From Sphyrna mokarran (Eukaryota): a stretch of DNA of 64,000 bases. The position numbers and the translations under genes were made by a program. The stretch covers positions 2,294,001-2,358,000 of the forward strand of contig JAGIQG010000043.1 of NCBI GenBank assembly GCA_024679065.1. Reading direction: 5' to 3'. Under the pieces are notes generated by a model. It did no database searches. It worked only from the letters and a program-made list of their open reading frames with translations, and had not been told where the DNA came from. This document shows, one piece after another, positions 25,201 to 39,800 of the stretch. Position 1 is the stretch's first letter. The number at the start of each line of letters is the position of its first letter.

Positions 25201-27119
25201 AAGTGGTCTACTTCTCTTCGATGTCATTTTGATTTAACAATTATTAGCATGGCTTTTCATTTGAAATATTTCATGATCAATATTGATCCTAATTTGCCTA
25301 TGACTCACCTACCAGTTTCATGTTCTATGCACAACAAATGATTTCCAAACGGATCCGCTGCAGTCAGGGACAGGAACTAAACGGTCAATCTAAATATCGA
25401 AAAAATCTCAACAAACAACGAAGCAATGTTAAGATAAAGAGTTTCTATTAGTAATAGTGATAATAATAATTTTGAGAAAGACATGATTGACTTCAATGTG
25501 TTTGGAACTTTCCACAGACGAGTAAGTTTGAGAAACCCTGGGATATTACTTCCCCACATAAACACTGGATAGCTTGTGGTAATATTACTGGATTTATTTT
25601 ATAGATGAAGTTGCTATTGGGACTGTACTCTAAAGGAATGTTTATTTATGAATCTAACCAGGTAAGAACCTTTGCTGGAAAATGTTCTGTAAAATAATAT
25701 TAATAGTGTAAAGTAATCTCTGTGTAATTTTTGTTTCATTTTTAATAAATACATAACTTTAATATTTTGAAGCATTAAAGGTGTTGTGGAATTTCTGGCA
25801 CCTGATCTCGTACACTCACCTTCTTGTAGAAAGGGAGAAGTAAAAGACGGATGGAATGATGTGATTTTTCGTTGTCACATGTATTGGGAAACAGTGAAAT
25901 GTATTCTTTCTTGCGCCCCGTATCGACAAACATGCTATTCAAGAGTACGTAGAAATAAGGAAGAGAGAGAGTGCACAATATAATGCTGCAGTTACCGATT
26001 TTGAGTGGACAAAGTTCAGCTGAATATGTGATAGAACCATTCTACAGTCCGATAGCAGCAAGGAAGAAGCTGTTCTCGAGTCTGTTGGTACGTGTTTGCA
26101 GATTTTTATGTCATATTCCGGATAGAAGTTGGTGAAGGAGAGTATGTCCAAGGTGTATTGGGTCCTTGGTTGTGCTAGTTGCTTTTCAGATGCAGCGGAA
26201 AGTGTAGACAGAATCACTGGATAGGAGGCTGATTTGCGTGACGGACTGAGCGACGTTCACGACTCGTGATAATTTCCTGTGGACTTGGAGCAGGATACAT
26301 ACGAAGCTGTGTTACATAGAAAATGGATGCTTTCCATGTGTCCTCTGTAAACTTTGGTGAGTTCCACAGTAGACGTAACGAATTTCTAGAGACTCATGAG
26401 CCGTTGGTTGCCTTTCTCAACTATTGCATGAGCGTGGAAGGGTCAGGACATGTTGCTGGTGATGTGAACACCTAGAAATTTGAATCTCCCGACCATCCCT
26501 TCTTCATCGTCGTTGATGTAGACAGGGGCACGTCATCTATTATGCTTTCTGAAGTTGGTGACTATCTTCTTCCTTTTGCTGACGTTGATAGACAAATTGC
26601 CATGCTAACTAATGTGCCAAGATGGGAGGAAATATATTTTCCTGAGTAGACATTCAGGGCCATTTTGAGAAACGCCTCATTGCCAGAATTTTCAAGCGAG
26701 ATTGCCTAGTGGTGAGAAAAGCAACACTCCCCCTCTCCCCACCCTTCCCACTCCTCCCCGTCAGATCTTTCCAATGTACCTGCAGTCTCGCTCGAACAAC
26801 GTGTTGCCTTTGAAGTGACAGTGCTGGGGAAAAACCCAATGTCCATTTTTTTTTGCAAAGAACGTTCTTAGAAAGAGGTTTTTTTTTGCTCAGGTTCATC
26901 CTGTGACACGGCACTCTGGCTCTCGGGGGTGTTCCCAGGAATGCAAATCAAAACAAAAATCAACTATTTCTCGCAGATTGCGAGACTTTACAGATAATCA
27001 AGTATCAAAGGTGCAGACAATGTGAGTGGAGAGAGGTTTAAGCGCAGGTTGAAGAGGTGTATATCGTCTCCAGCCGCCAGGACAGTTGGTGAGATTTTGC
27101 AAGCCCAGGCAAGTCGTGG

Positions 27120-27398
27120 GAGTTACAGATGGTGTATGCTCAATCTCACATGAAACTCTTCCCACTAACAGGTCCACTGGAACAACAACTGTTGTTGTGT
27201 CCGTTGTTCTCCCGCAATCGAGCATAAAAAGTGCTACCCAGTCTCCTAAACATGCCACCAGTCACTTTGTCATACAATCATTGAAGTCTTGATCTGTACG
27301 TTCCACCAGCCTTTGGTTGAAAAGTGATCAGGTGTTGCTAATACGTGTTGGTAATCATTGGAGAGCATGCATTGGTAGAAATCAGCGCTAGTAAAATA
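27120..27398 (-). mobile_element. Highly decayed Gypsy-type LTR retrotransposon integrase fragment
   Basis: Conceptual translation across a frameshift gives FTSADFYQCMLSNDYQHVLATPDHFSTKG/LVERTDQDF...RTTDTTTVVVPVDLLVGR. This resembles the rve motifs FTS.EF..F...GI.H...PYHP.SNG.AER...YRTTPH.TTG..PAELL.GR. Confidence 0.5.
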
Positions 27399-28889
27399 CT
27401 AGCCGTTTGTGGGAAACCCCCATCCTGGTATTCCATATACACTGGCACCTTGACATGACATAATATCTAGATCAATGCCTGAGAAGTAGTGTAGCCCTTT
27501 CGGTGCACCTGCAACCCCTTTAAATAGAAGTGCACCATAATTAAACCCAAGGAAATCATTAAAGCCCACAGGCACTGATGCCCCTTCCAGCGCACTCCCA
27601 GATGTGTAGGAAAACAAAGGGAGGGTGTATTTGATTTTCCTGGCACCGATCACAGTACCTCACCAACTGTGATAACAACATCAGGAAGATATCTCGGACG
27701 ATGCTTCAAACCAGCGCATTATTTCAAATAATCTCGGGGGAAACCCTTATTTCAGTGCGTCAATTTGGAGGCCATGCTGGGGGCGGAAAAATAATCGGAT
27801 AGCCGAGGAGGGACCCCGTCCTCAGCACGAAGTAAGCTTCCTTAATGAGGTAGGGTTTCATGTCTTCTGAGGGTGGTCCTTCGGATCCGCCTTGCAGGAT
27901 CACTGACTAATTTTATATAAGATAGAATCACTAGAGGCGTTAATTTGTACTCGTACCACTGGAAAGAGCCCCAAAATATTTAGAGTATTCTTTATCCCCT
28001 TCTAATGCTGGTAAATGAGCCAGATTTGTGGCAACCAGAGATGTTGCAATGCATCAGCATTAACTATTTCGATTCCAGATCGCTGGTCCTGAAGATATTT
28101 GTAGGCTGACAATACAGTAGAGCTATATCGGGACAGAGACTTTGGGGAGAAAGGGAGGTGGGACTGGTGGTAGGTGGAGAAGGATTGTGGAATTGCCTTA
28201 TCCACTTGTAGAGGCCTAATAGGTGTTGCAAAGAACAAAGAACAATACCACATGGGAAACAGGCCTTTCAGTCCAACGAGCCCGTGCCGCCATTTTAACA
28301 TTGTGAGGACCCTCATCTACCTTAACCTTTGTCTACGCCTATTGGTGAAGATTGGGGGAAGACTAATTTAGGGACAATTTGATCACACCAATAGTGTTTA
28401 TGTTTGGTAGCTAATTAAATAAATCATCTGAAACTGTTGATGGAAGATGTGGACACCAAGTACAGCCCCAGCTCTGACAAAGGGTTATCCAGAACTGTCA
28501 GCTCAGAAACGTTGCTCCTATTCTCTCTCCACTGATGCTGTCAGTCCTACTGAGATTTTCCAGAATTTCCTGCTTTTATTTCAGATTCCAGTACTAAATT
28601 GCTTTCAGCCAATTTATCAGAAGTGACTTTCCAACTCTCCTCGGCTCCCGGAATCTATAGGGTTGGCTTATTTTCCCATCACCTTTTCAGAATTCATCCT
28701 GTTGGCTATTTATAGCTGAAATCGCAACCGTAGCCATTTGCTCAACTGTAGAATTACTAATTTTCTCAGTCTGCTGAGATGCAGACCTGGGGGGTCATGG
28801 TCACAATGGCCTATCATTGCAGATGTCGCCATTGTCGATTCTAGATCAGCCTTCTCGAAGGTGAACCTACCGAAAGCGATGAACTGGGA

Positions 28890-29830
28890 TGGGGTACCAG
28901 GATGAGCACTCAGATCCTATGCAGATCAGCTGGAGGGAATATTAACAGACATCGTCAGTCTTTCTTTCCAACAGCCTGAGGTCCCTGCCTGCTTCAAGAA
29001 GAGAATCACCAACCCACTACCAAAATAAAGCCTTAATAAAGCGTGAGGTCCCTATCTACTTCTAGAAGACAATCACCAACCCACTACCAAAGCGTGCCTT
29101 AATAGCTATCGTCAGGTGGCTCTGACATCCATCACTACGAAAATCTTTGAAAGGCTAGTCATGACATAATCAATTCCAGCCTCCCAGACTGCCGGGATCG
29201 AGGACCGTTTGCCTATCACTGCAATCGCTCCACAGCAGACATTATCTCTCTTCCCCTGTACTTAATCCTGGAACACGGAGGTAACAAAGGCACCTATGCC
29301 AGGCTCCTTTTTATTGATTACCGCTCAGCCGTCAACATCATTCCTACCGAGCACTTCTCCAATCTCAATGGCTTGAGCCACGCCCCCTTCCTCTGCCCCT
29401 GGATCCTGAACTTACTAATCCACAGACGGCAATCAGTAAGAATAGGCAACGACGCTTGCTCTGATGATCCTCAATACAGGTGCCCCACAAGGCTGTTTTC
29501 TCAGCCCCCGACTGTACTCCCTATACGAAGAACAAAGAACAAAACAGCACGGGAAACAGGTCCTTCGGCCCAACGAGCCCTATGACTGTGGCCAAATTCC
29601 CCTCCAACTCCATTTTTCGAGTTTGTTGATGACATCACGGTCGTGAGTTGGATCTCACACAGTGACGAGACAGAGTTACAGGAATGACATAGAAACTGGT
29701 GAACTGATGCGGCAATAATTATCTTTCCCTCACTGTCAACAAAACGAAGAAGATTGTCATTGACTTCAGGAAGTGTAGCAGTGAACATTCCCCAGTCTAT
29801 ATCGCTGGGGACGAACTTAAACGAGTCACG
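28890..29830 (+). mobile_element. Rex1/Babar-type LINE RT fragment, interrupted by a short LINE/SINE tail at ~29529-29580
   Basis: VPACFKK, YRQVALTS..K.FERLV and ILNTGAPQGCFLSPRLYSLY motifs. Confidence 0.7.
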
Positions 29831-31464
29831 ACCATTCCTGACATAGCTTTTCTGCTACCATCAGACTTTGAATGGACCAACCTTGTATTCAGTTGATCTT
29901 TCTCTGCACCCTAGCTCTGACTGTAATGCTTCAATCTCATCCCCTCCTTTCTTTCTCCAATGCTTTTTCTGTAGAGCGCATATGAAACAATATCTTTCAC
30001 TGTATACTCATACATGTGACAATAATAAATCCAATGAACACATAGACCCGCAAACAGCCAGAATCTCTCTGCCTCTCTCACTCATACGCACACACAGCCG
30101 AAATCCCCCTGCCTTCCTCACAGCACACGCACAGACGCATACATACACAAACAGAATTTCTGTCGCACACGGACAGAACCAGGGTCTTTCTCGCTCTCTC
30201 GCTCACACGCACACACGTGTAAACACGCAAACACACACACCTTTACCAATGTACCCTCTGTAGGATACTGTCAGAATAACACAACCAAGTATACACGGGA
30301 GCGCGCACACACACACACACACACACACAGCCATAATCTTTATTGTTCTCTCTCCCCATCACGCAAACATACTTTTATCAATCTACCCTTTGCTTGATAA
30401 TGCTAGAATCACACATTTCCACAGACACAGAGACAGCCACAATTTATCTGTCTGTTTGTCTGTCTTTCTCTTTCACAGACACAAGTACGCACAAAGAAAA
30501 ACACATGCCTTTACCAATCTACCCTCTTCTGGATAATGTCAGTATAACACCCACACACCCATACCCACACGCCCATTCCCCCCCCCCCCCCCCCCCCCCC
30601 CCGCCACACACACACACATTTAATACTCTTCCCACTACTGGATGATGTCAGGAACGGACATTTACAAATCCACAATCTCTGCTGGGACGGTCAGAATTTC
30701 ATTGGACGCGATTTTACGGGAAACAACTTTACTTAAGATTATTTTGTTGTGTGTTGAGTGTATCACATGCGTTTCACATCACATTGAAAGTAAGATTTCA
30801 GTCTCCACTCGCAGTGGTTCCATTCGTATTGAATCTATTTGTGATTCGCCTCTCTTTGATTAGCAGCGTTTTCAATACAGCAACACCCACCTCTTAGTAA
30901 AGAGTCCGGTGCTGCAACCTCCCCTAAACCTGTAAAAAAGTTCATATTAGGGAAATATATAAATATAGAAATTAGATTCGTATGTCATTAAGATGTTAGG
31001 ACGGCGGCGCGGGCTCGTTGGGCCGAAGGGCCTGTTTCCAGTGCTGTGTTTTTCTTTGTTCTTTGTTCTTTGTTTTATCAGTTTATTCATTGGGCATCAA
31101 ACACATATCTGCTTTCACTGGGGATGAGGATTAATAAGAAAATAATTAAAATTGGATTAAATAAGATTACTTTTCAAATTAAAATATCCAGTTAGAAAAC
31201 GGGACTGTTTGATTGTTAGAGTGGACCAATCAATCCAAGTAGACAGTTCTTCTGTATATCCATCAGTCTCTGCTGTCCCATGTTGAAAGGGAAATGTTCC
31301 AAATTCCTCACAGATCATTGCTTCAAAAAAAAAATGGAAACCGGTTTTCTGGCTCCCTACTGGTGTGAGAATTTGCTCCGTATGGGAGCTTACTGGAAAA
31401 AAAAACTTCTTGCGGTTTAGGAGGGTCAAGCTAACCTCTTGTTTTGAATAACAGCGTCTCCTAA

Positions 31465-31949
31465 TGACGCACACAAACACACATACAAATTCACACACTG
31501 ACACATGCTCTCTCTCTCTCTCAGTGACACACACACACACACCTACACATTCTCTCTCTCTCATACACACAGACACCCACAGACACTCACAAACACTTGC
31601 ACATACACATATACATTCACACACACGAATTNNNNNNNNNNNNNNNNNNNNNNNNNNNNNNNNNNNNNNNNNNNNNNNNNNNNNNNNNNNNNNNNNNNNN
31701 NNNNNNNNNNNNNNNNNNNNNNNNNNNNNNNNNNNNNNNNNNNNNNNNNNNNNNNNNNNNNNNNNNNNNNNNNNNNNNNNNNNNNNNNNNNNNNNNNNNN
31801 NNNNNNNNNAAAATGTTAGATTAGAGAGGCATCAGTGTCGGCACAGACTTGGTGGGCCGAAGGGTTTGTTTCTGTACTGTAATATTTGTTCTTTGTTCAC
31901 ACTTATGCACACAAATACACTGATACACACATGTTCACATACGCACACA

Positions 31950-31983
<34 letters not shown>

Positions 31984-32285
31984 CCGTTAAACATATATAA
32001 ACGCATACATATACATTCATGCACTTAAACACTCTCAAACGCACTCGCATTCTGAAACACACTCATACATTTGTACACTCTCATGCCCACACTTATACAC
32101 ACTCAGACAAAAAACAGACATACACTCGCACATATACACACGGATAAATTCATACACTTTAACACACACGCACTCACACACACTTACATATTAAGCTGAT
32201 TCACTGACACACACGCTTACTCACACTTTCTCACATATAAACACACTCTCTCATACACTGACACACACTCGAACACTTACACTTA
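31465..32285. repeat. (CA)n/(CT)n-rich low-complexity region surrounding the assembly gap
   Basis: Direct inspection. Confidence 0.85.
31632..31809. other. Assembly gap (178 N)
   Basis: Run of N. Confidence 1.
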
Positions 32286-33617
32286 ATGTCTGTGAAATGT
32301 CACATAGAATCCCTCAGTTTATTAATTGAGGCTTTTAGTCTTAAATCATTCAAGTTTGGATAAGCACATATGAAACATTACTTGCATATATTTCCCACAT
32401 ACTCTTCAGTTCCAAACACCAAACTTCTGGAATGATATTAGCATTTTCGGAAAATTTCTGAACATATTAGAGGAGAGCAATGCCAGTCAAGGTAGAACGT
32501 TTGGGGAAGTCGATATTGAGTTGACAATGCTCTCCTGAGAATAGAGAAACTTGAGTGGAGATATGGAAGAGATGTGAAACACCATGGAAGTGGTGTCTGA
32601 TGGAGGGGATACTTAATCGTAAAATCGCCAGCACAAGGATATCGAGCAGCTAATATTTCAATATAAGTTTTAAGGATGAAATGGGCATTTAAATAATATA
32701 ATAATGATAGTTTCAAAATGAATGGCTAATAAGCCTGCCAGTAATAAATTGCATAACTCAAGGACTGATTGTGTCAGTGAGTTAGTTAAAACAAATTTAC
32801 CCAGAATGATAGGCAGTGGGGTAGCTTGATCTTGAGTTTGGACACAGCTCGGCACAACATCGAAGGGCCGAAGGGCCTGTACTATGCTGTACTGTTCTAT
32901 ATTCTATGCAAGTTAAACTTGGGATGATGATGAAATCGGGCATTGATTGAAGAGACAAATAATAGAATTATGTATTGGATACAGAGACTCCAACCTGGGC
33001 ATCCTGCCGGATGATCGAGCCTTCCTGCAGCAGATTAACTAGTTTTGACATCCCACAAAACGCGGAACAGATTGAAATTATTGTTATGTATTGCGAAGCA
33101 AGAAGGAAGCCATTTTGTTTAAAGAGTGAACCCACTTAGCCGTGTTATCAGATGGGAATATGGATTTCAGATAATGTTCATTCAGGATGAACTACCAATG
33201 TCCAATTGAATGTCCAATACTAGGGTATATCTAGTTAAGGGTTGAGACACATTTAATCTCGCAGATTTCATATTCATGTAGTCGCAAACCAGTTGTCCGC
33301 ATACCTGTTCAGCACTTAGCCCCATCTCCAACGCAAACAAACTCACCCTAAAAATGTCTCTGTGAATTAGCTGAAGAGCCGCTGGAAACATATTTGTTCT
33401 AAATTCTTATAGAAACCGGAATGACGCAGCTTACATTTGGTATTCAAAACCTTTTTTCAATATTTAGGTAACTTGGACACAGATTCATTTTTAATTATTC
33501 CTTCCACAATTACAGTAGAAAATACAGAATAGAAGCAATGAAGTATTAGAAGCATTGAGAGGTGAATTTGCACTGCAGGCGATATTCCATCTGGGAATGG
33601 TGGACATTAAGAGAAAG

Positions 33618-33623
33618 TTTATT
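33618..33623 (-). promoter_or_regulatory. Candidate polyadenylation signal of gene B
   Basis: tttatt on + (AATAAA on -) downstream of the predicted stop codon. Confidence 0.45.
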
Positions 33624-33777
33624 TCTGTTTTGGTCGCCATCATAACGTTGAGCCCCCAATCCACCCGAATTTGCACTGGCTGCACTTTCGGGACTCTCCT
33701 TGCGAAAAGAAGAATGTTTCTGCAACTTTGTAAATCCAGGGAACACACATCTCTCTCTCTCTCTCATTTCCCTCGAA

Positions 33778-33822
33778 TTAAAGTTTTGGATCCTCGTTAA
33801 AGGCCAAGCGAGCGTAAAGCGT
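33778..33822 (-). CDS. Gene B probable terminal exon (TLYARLAFNEDPKL*)
   Basis: Branch-like gctaac plus acttttcatccacag acceptor, phase-0 entry. LYA-x-L parallels gene A LYATL, and an AATAAA follows ~155 nt after the stop. Confidence 0.7.
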   Translation of the reverse strand, partial: TLYARLAFNEDPKL

Positions 33823-36800
33823 CTGTGGATGAAAAGTGGTCTGTTAGCGTGATACGCACCTTTATTATAGTGAGAGGTGAGACCATTGAATCCCCCCAGT
33901 CTTCCGCCTACCCTCACTTTATTCAATCGGTTCACGGCTGTAAGATTACTCAACTCACAGTCACCTATCAATATTGAATAATATTAATTGAATTAATCCA
34001 CTCCCTAATATAAATCTATCTGTCGCGCCTTCGGGAGTTCCAATTGCCCAATATTCTATATAGATTTTTCGTGACCAGAATTCCTGCACCGCGTTCTGTG
34101 CAGAAGTGTTTCGAGTTGATTTATTACTGTCACATATTAGTATGCATTGAAATGTAATGATTCTTGCCGAGTACACAGATAAAGTGTACCGCGTATGGAG
34201 AATGAAAGGAGAAGGTGCATATTGTAGTGTTACGGTGATAGGTAGGCTATAGAGAATGTTCAACTTAATATGAAGTAGGTCAATTCTAATGTCTGATGGC
34301 AGCAGGGAAGAAGCTGTCCTTGCGTGACCTCAGAATTATATATCTTTTTTCCCGAAGGAAGAAGGTGGAAAAAAAAACATATCCAAGGTGCGTGGGGTCC
34401 TTGATAATGGTGGCTGTTTTTATAGAAACATAGAAGATACTAGCAGGGAGAGGTCATTTGCCCCTTTGAGTCTGCTCCAGCATTCATTATAATCATGACT
34501 GATCGTCCAGCCCAATCGTCTAATCCTAATTTTTCCCCATAACCTTCGCTCCCAATTGCTATATCCAGCTGCACGTTGAATACATTCAATATTTTGGCAT
34601 CAGCTACTTCCCGTGGTAATGAATTCCACAGGCTCACCGAATGAAGAAATATTTCCTAACCTCCGTCCTAAATGGTCTATCCCAAAACCTCAAACAGTGA
34701 CCCCTGATTCTGGGCTCCCTCCACTATCGGGAACTTCCTTCCTGTATCTACCCTGTTTAGCCCTGTTAGAATTTTAATAGTCTGTGAAATCCCCCCTCAT
34801 TCGTCTGAACTGCAGTGAAAACAATTTTAACCTAATCAATCTCTCCTCATACACCAGTCCCGCGATCCCTGGAGTGAGCCTGGTAAACCTTCGTTGCACT
34901 CCCTCCAGAGCTAGAATATCCTTCCATAGTGAATGCATTTGGTATGTCTCCTGCTCTGTCAAAGACTACAAGAACTGGTCTAGTCCCGTTATTCAAACCA
35001 GCCTCCCCTCCATTGACTCTGTCCTCACGTCCTGTTGCCTCGGGAAAAAGGAGCCAACAGAATCAAGGACTCCCCTCCCCCACGCACTCCAGACATTCTG
35101 TCTTCCACCTTCTTCCGTCGGGAAAAAGATACAAAAGTCTGAGGTCAGGTACCAACCGACTCAAGAACAGGTTCTTCCGTGCTGCTGTCAGACTTCTGAA
35201 TGGACCTAACTTGCACTAAGTTGATCTTTCTCTATACCCTAGGTATGACTGTAGCACTATATTCTCCACTGTCTCCTTTCCTTCTCAATGAACGGTATGC
35301 TTTCTCTGTATAGTGCGCAAGATACAATACTTTTCACTGTATCTCAATACATGTGGCAATAATAAACCTAATCTATGTACTCAATGAATGGTGTACTTTG
35401 CCTGTGTAGCGTACAAGGAATAATATTTTCACTGTATCCCAATACATGGGACAATAGTAAATCCAATCTATCTACTCTGTGAACGATATGCTTTGTCTGT
35501 ATAGTGTACAAAAAACAATACTTTTCACTGTATCCCAACACATGTGACAATCATTAATCAAATGTACTGTACTCTACGAATAGTGTGCTTTGTCTATGTA
35601 GCGCGAAAGAAACAATACTTTTCACTGTACCCCAATACATGTGACAACAATAAATCAAATCTATGTAGAACATAGAACATAGAACATAGAACACTACAGC
35701 ACAGAACAGGCCCTTCGGCCTTCGATGTTGCGCCGACCAATATAAAAAGCAATGCCCCTCCAAACTAAAACATTCCCTTCTCTTCCATATACTTATCAAC
35801 TAACCTCTTAAACGCCACCAAACTTGGCGCATCTACAACTGCTGCAGGCAGGGCATTCCACTCCCGAACCACCCTTTGGGTAAAGAACCTACCTCTGATA
35901 TCCGTCCTATAACTATCACCCCTTAATTTAAAGCTGTATCCCCTCGTGCTAGCTTTCTCCATCCTAGGAAAAAGGCTATCACTGTCCACCCTATCTAAAC
36001 CTCTAATCATCTTATATGTTTCGATATGGTCCCCTCTTAGCCGCCTCCTTTCTAACGAAAACAACCTCAAATCCCTCAGCCTCTCTTCATAAGACCTGCC
36101 CTCCATACCAGGCAACATCCTGGTAAACGTCCTCTGTACCCTCTCCAATGCCTCCACATCTTTCTTATAATGTGGGGACCAGAACTGCACACAATACTCC
36201 AAGTGCGGCCGCACTAGAGTTTTGTACAGTTGCAACATGACGTTGCGGCTCCGAAATTCAATCCCCCTACCAATAAAAGCTAAGACTCCATATGCCTTCT
36301 TAACAACCTTCTCGACTTGACTGCCTACTTTCAGGGATCTATGCACATACACACCAAGATCCCTCTGTTCATCAAGACTACTAAGAATCCTACCATTAGC
36401 CCTATACTCTACACATTTATTATTCCTGCCATAGTGCATTACCTCACACTTTTCCACATTAAACTCCATTTGCCACCTCTCGGCCCAGCTCTGCAACTTG
36501 TCCAAGTCCCTCTGCAAACTATAACACCCCTCTTCACTATCTACCACTCCACCGACTTTAGTGTCATCTGCAAATTTACTAATCCATCCTTCAATACCCT
36601 CATGCAGATCATTTATAAAAATTACAAACAGCAGGGGCCCCAAAACAGACCCCTGAGGTACACCACTTGTCACCGAACTCCACGATGAATATCTCCCATC
36701 AACCAGCACCCTCTGTCTTCTATCTGCTAACCAATTCCTAACCCAATTAGCTAAATCACCCTCTATCCCATACATCTGCATTTTCTGCAGAAGTCTTCCA

Positions 36801-39800
36801 TGGGCCACCTTATCAAACGCCTTACTAAAGTCCATATATACCACATCAACCGCCTTACCCCCATCCACCTCTTTGGTCACTTTTTCAAAAAACTCAATGA
36901 GGTTAGTAAGGCACGACCTACCCTTCACAAAACCATGCTGACTATCCCCAATCAATTCATTTCTCTCTAAATAACTATAAATCCTATCCCTAATAATTCT
37001 CTGCAATACTTTGCCCACAACAGAAGTAAGACTCACTGGCCTATAATTCCCTGGAAGGTCTCTCTTCCCCTTCTTGAACAACGGGACCACATTCGCTATC
37101 CTCCAGTCCTCCGGAACCACACCCGTAACCAACGACGACCTGAAGATCAGAGCCAGAGGCTCTGCAATCTCCTCTCTTGCCTCGCAGAGAATCCTAGGGT
37201 AAATCCCGTCCGGCCCAGGGGACTTATCCAACTTCAAACCCTCGAGAATACCTAGCACATCTTCCTATCTACTTCAATACTTTCCAGTTTGCTACCCTGT
37301 ACCTCAGTGTTCTCCATAACTACATTTACATCACCCTGCGTAAATACCGAAGAGAAATATTTATTCAGTACCTCTCCAATCTCTTCGGGCTCCACGCACA
37401 ACTTCCCACTGCTGTCTATGACTGGCCCTAGTCTTGTCCTAACCAATCTTCTATTCTTAACATATCTAAAGAAAGCTTTAGGATTCTCCTTAATCCTATC
37501 AGCCAAAGTCTTCTCGTGTCCTCTCTTAGCTCTCCTCAATTAACTCTTTAGCTCCCTCCTGGCTAATCTATAGCTATCCATTGCACTAACCGAGCCGTCA
37601 AGCCTCATCCTGACATAAGCCTCCTTTTCCCTTTTAACCAGCAAAGGATGTATTCATGTACTCCATGAATTGTGTGCTTTGTATTTTGCGCAAGAAACAA
37701 TACTTTTCACTGTATCCCAATACACATGACAATAATAAATCAAATCAAATCAAATCAAATGTTCCACGAATGAATTAAACAAAAAAGCTAACTTGAAAGA
37801 AATTATTCGGCCTCGAAGCTGTCCCTGTCCACGGAAACCACCAGGTTTGTTGAGGTTTTCTAGAATTTTCCGTGTTAGTAATGAATTCTAAACCGCGGAT
37901 TAATAATTAATGAAAAGTATCAGGGTGGTACATTAAAAAAAATCCATTCATTCACCTCTTTATTCTGTTTGTGTTCTCTGGATTCTGTCAGTTCCTCATC
38001 GCTGTTCGCGGTTCCTGTTAGAAAGAGGGATTTAAACTGAAATTTAAAATGGATTAATTTCACACTGAACCCGCTCAGAAGTGTCAATATCTCGGAAATA
38101 GATGTTTGGATTGAGAGCGCCGCGGATAACAGATTCCCTCAACAATCACTACCTCTCTGCCGGTTCCTGCAGATCCTTCTTCCGGCCGCAAGGATCAATC
38201 CCAGAAGGAGAAGTGCCGCAGCCGACAAACCCCCGGAAAACAATAAATGACAGGTTGGCGAGAACGGAGAATCTGCAAAAAAGCATTGAACTTTCGCTCA
38301 ACAGCAATCAAATGTGGAAATAATTAAACAAACAAGGATCTTGTTCAATCTAACTGTCCAATTCGACCGGAAAATGGTAAAACATTTGTGCACTTTCCCT
38401 ATCATGGAATAGAGTCGCACATTTACAATAGAACGCAAGGCCAGGCAAAGAGTGATACTGACAGAGAGACTGAGGACTTTTATATAGGGCATACAGAGAG
38501 ATGGAGGGAGAGAGTGAAAGATTCAGGCAGAGAATAATCATGTAATCCCATAGTGCAGAAGAAGACCATTCGGGCAATCGAGTCTGCACCACCCTATCCC
38601 CGTCACCTCGCGTATTTACTCTGCTAATCCTTCTGACTCTCAGCTCAATTTAGCATGGCCAATCCACTTATCCCGCACACTTTGGGCACTAAGGGGCAAT
38701 TTAGCATGGCCAATCCATTTAACCCGCACATCTTTGGACACTAAAGGACAATTTGTCATAGCTAATCTAAATAACCTACATATCTTCGATACTAAGGAGC
38801 AATTTACCATGGTTTATCCACCTAACTTTCACATCCTTTGACATTAAAGGCAATTTACCATGGTTGATCCACCCAGCCTTCACATCCTTTGACACTAAGG
38901 AGCAATTTACCACAGCTGGTCCGCTTAACCTACACACCCGTTGACATTAAGGGGCATGTATTATGGCTGATTCACCTAACCGACACATCCTTTGGCACTA
39001 AGGGACAATTTAGCATGTCCAATCCACCTAACCCGATATCTTTGGACAAAAGGTGTAATTTAGCAATGGCCATTCCACTTATCCCCCACATCTTTGGTCA
39101 CTAAGGGACAAATTAGCATGGCCAATCCACCTAACCTGCACATCTTTGGAATTTGTGGGAAAACAGGAGCCCCCGCGGGAAGGCCGATGTAATTGAATGG
39201 GATTGAAGCACTGGGAGGTGAAGGGATGAATTGCTGTGCTGAGATAGAGTGCAATACTGGGGATATAATCACACATTTCAATTTTACACACTGACAGATT
39301 GGTCCCTGATCTTCAGATGCATCATGTTGTCCATGCCAGATACAAGAAGTGGAAGAGGAGAAGAGGCCATTCGGCCTATCACGTCTATTCTGCCATCCAA
39401 CATCACCATGCCTCACCATGTTTACACACTTCACTTCTCCGCTCTTTCTCTTACTCATTAATCTATCCGCTCTCACAAATGTGTTTCAGTGATTGAACAT
39501 AAAGGTTCATAACGGTAGTGAAGTAGAGGCAAAATATCAGAAAATGAAACTGGGAGGATTATGATGGGACAGTGCTGATTTAGATATTCATGGATGCCCG
39601 CAGAGACATTTGTAATTTACAAAATTAGGCTGCTTTTAGTAAAGTGTCCCGTTATTATTAAATGGATTGAAAAATAGCCATTGGGAATAGGTACCTTTCT
39701 GAGATGAGAAAGTGTCACTGAGAATACTTTCATTGTAGTTGACCCGAACGGTGCAGGTACAGCGAGCACCGCTTCTCCAAGTTTCCGCCGAGACGCTAAT

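Noticed and set aside
33546-33971. 141-aa minus-strand ORF as the gene B terminal exon
   Set aside because: Its acceptor near 33965 gives an early stop with phase-0 entry. The TLYARL exon in another frame has a better acceptor and parallels gene A.
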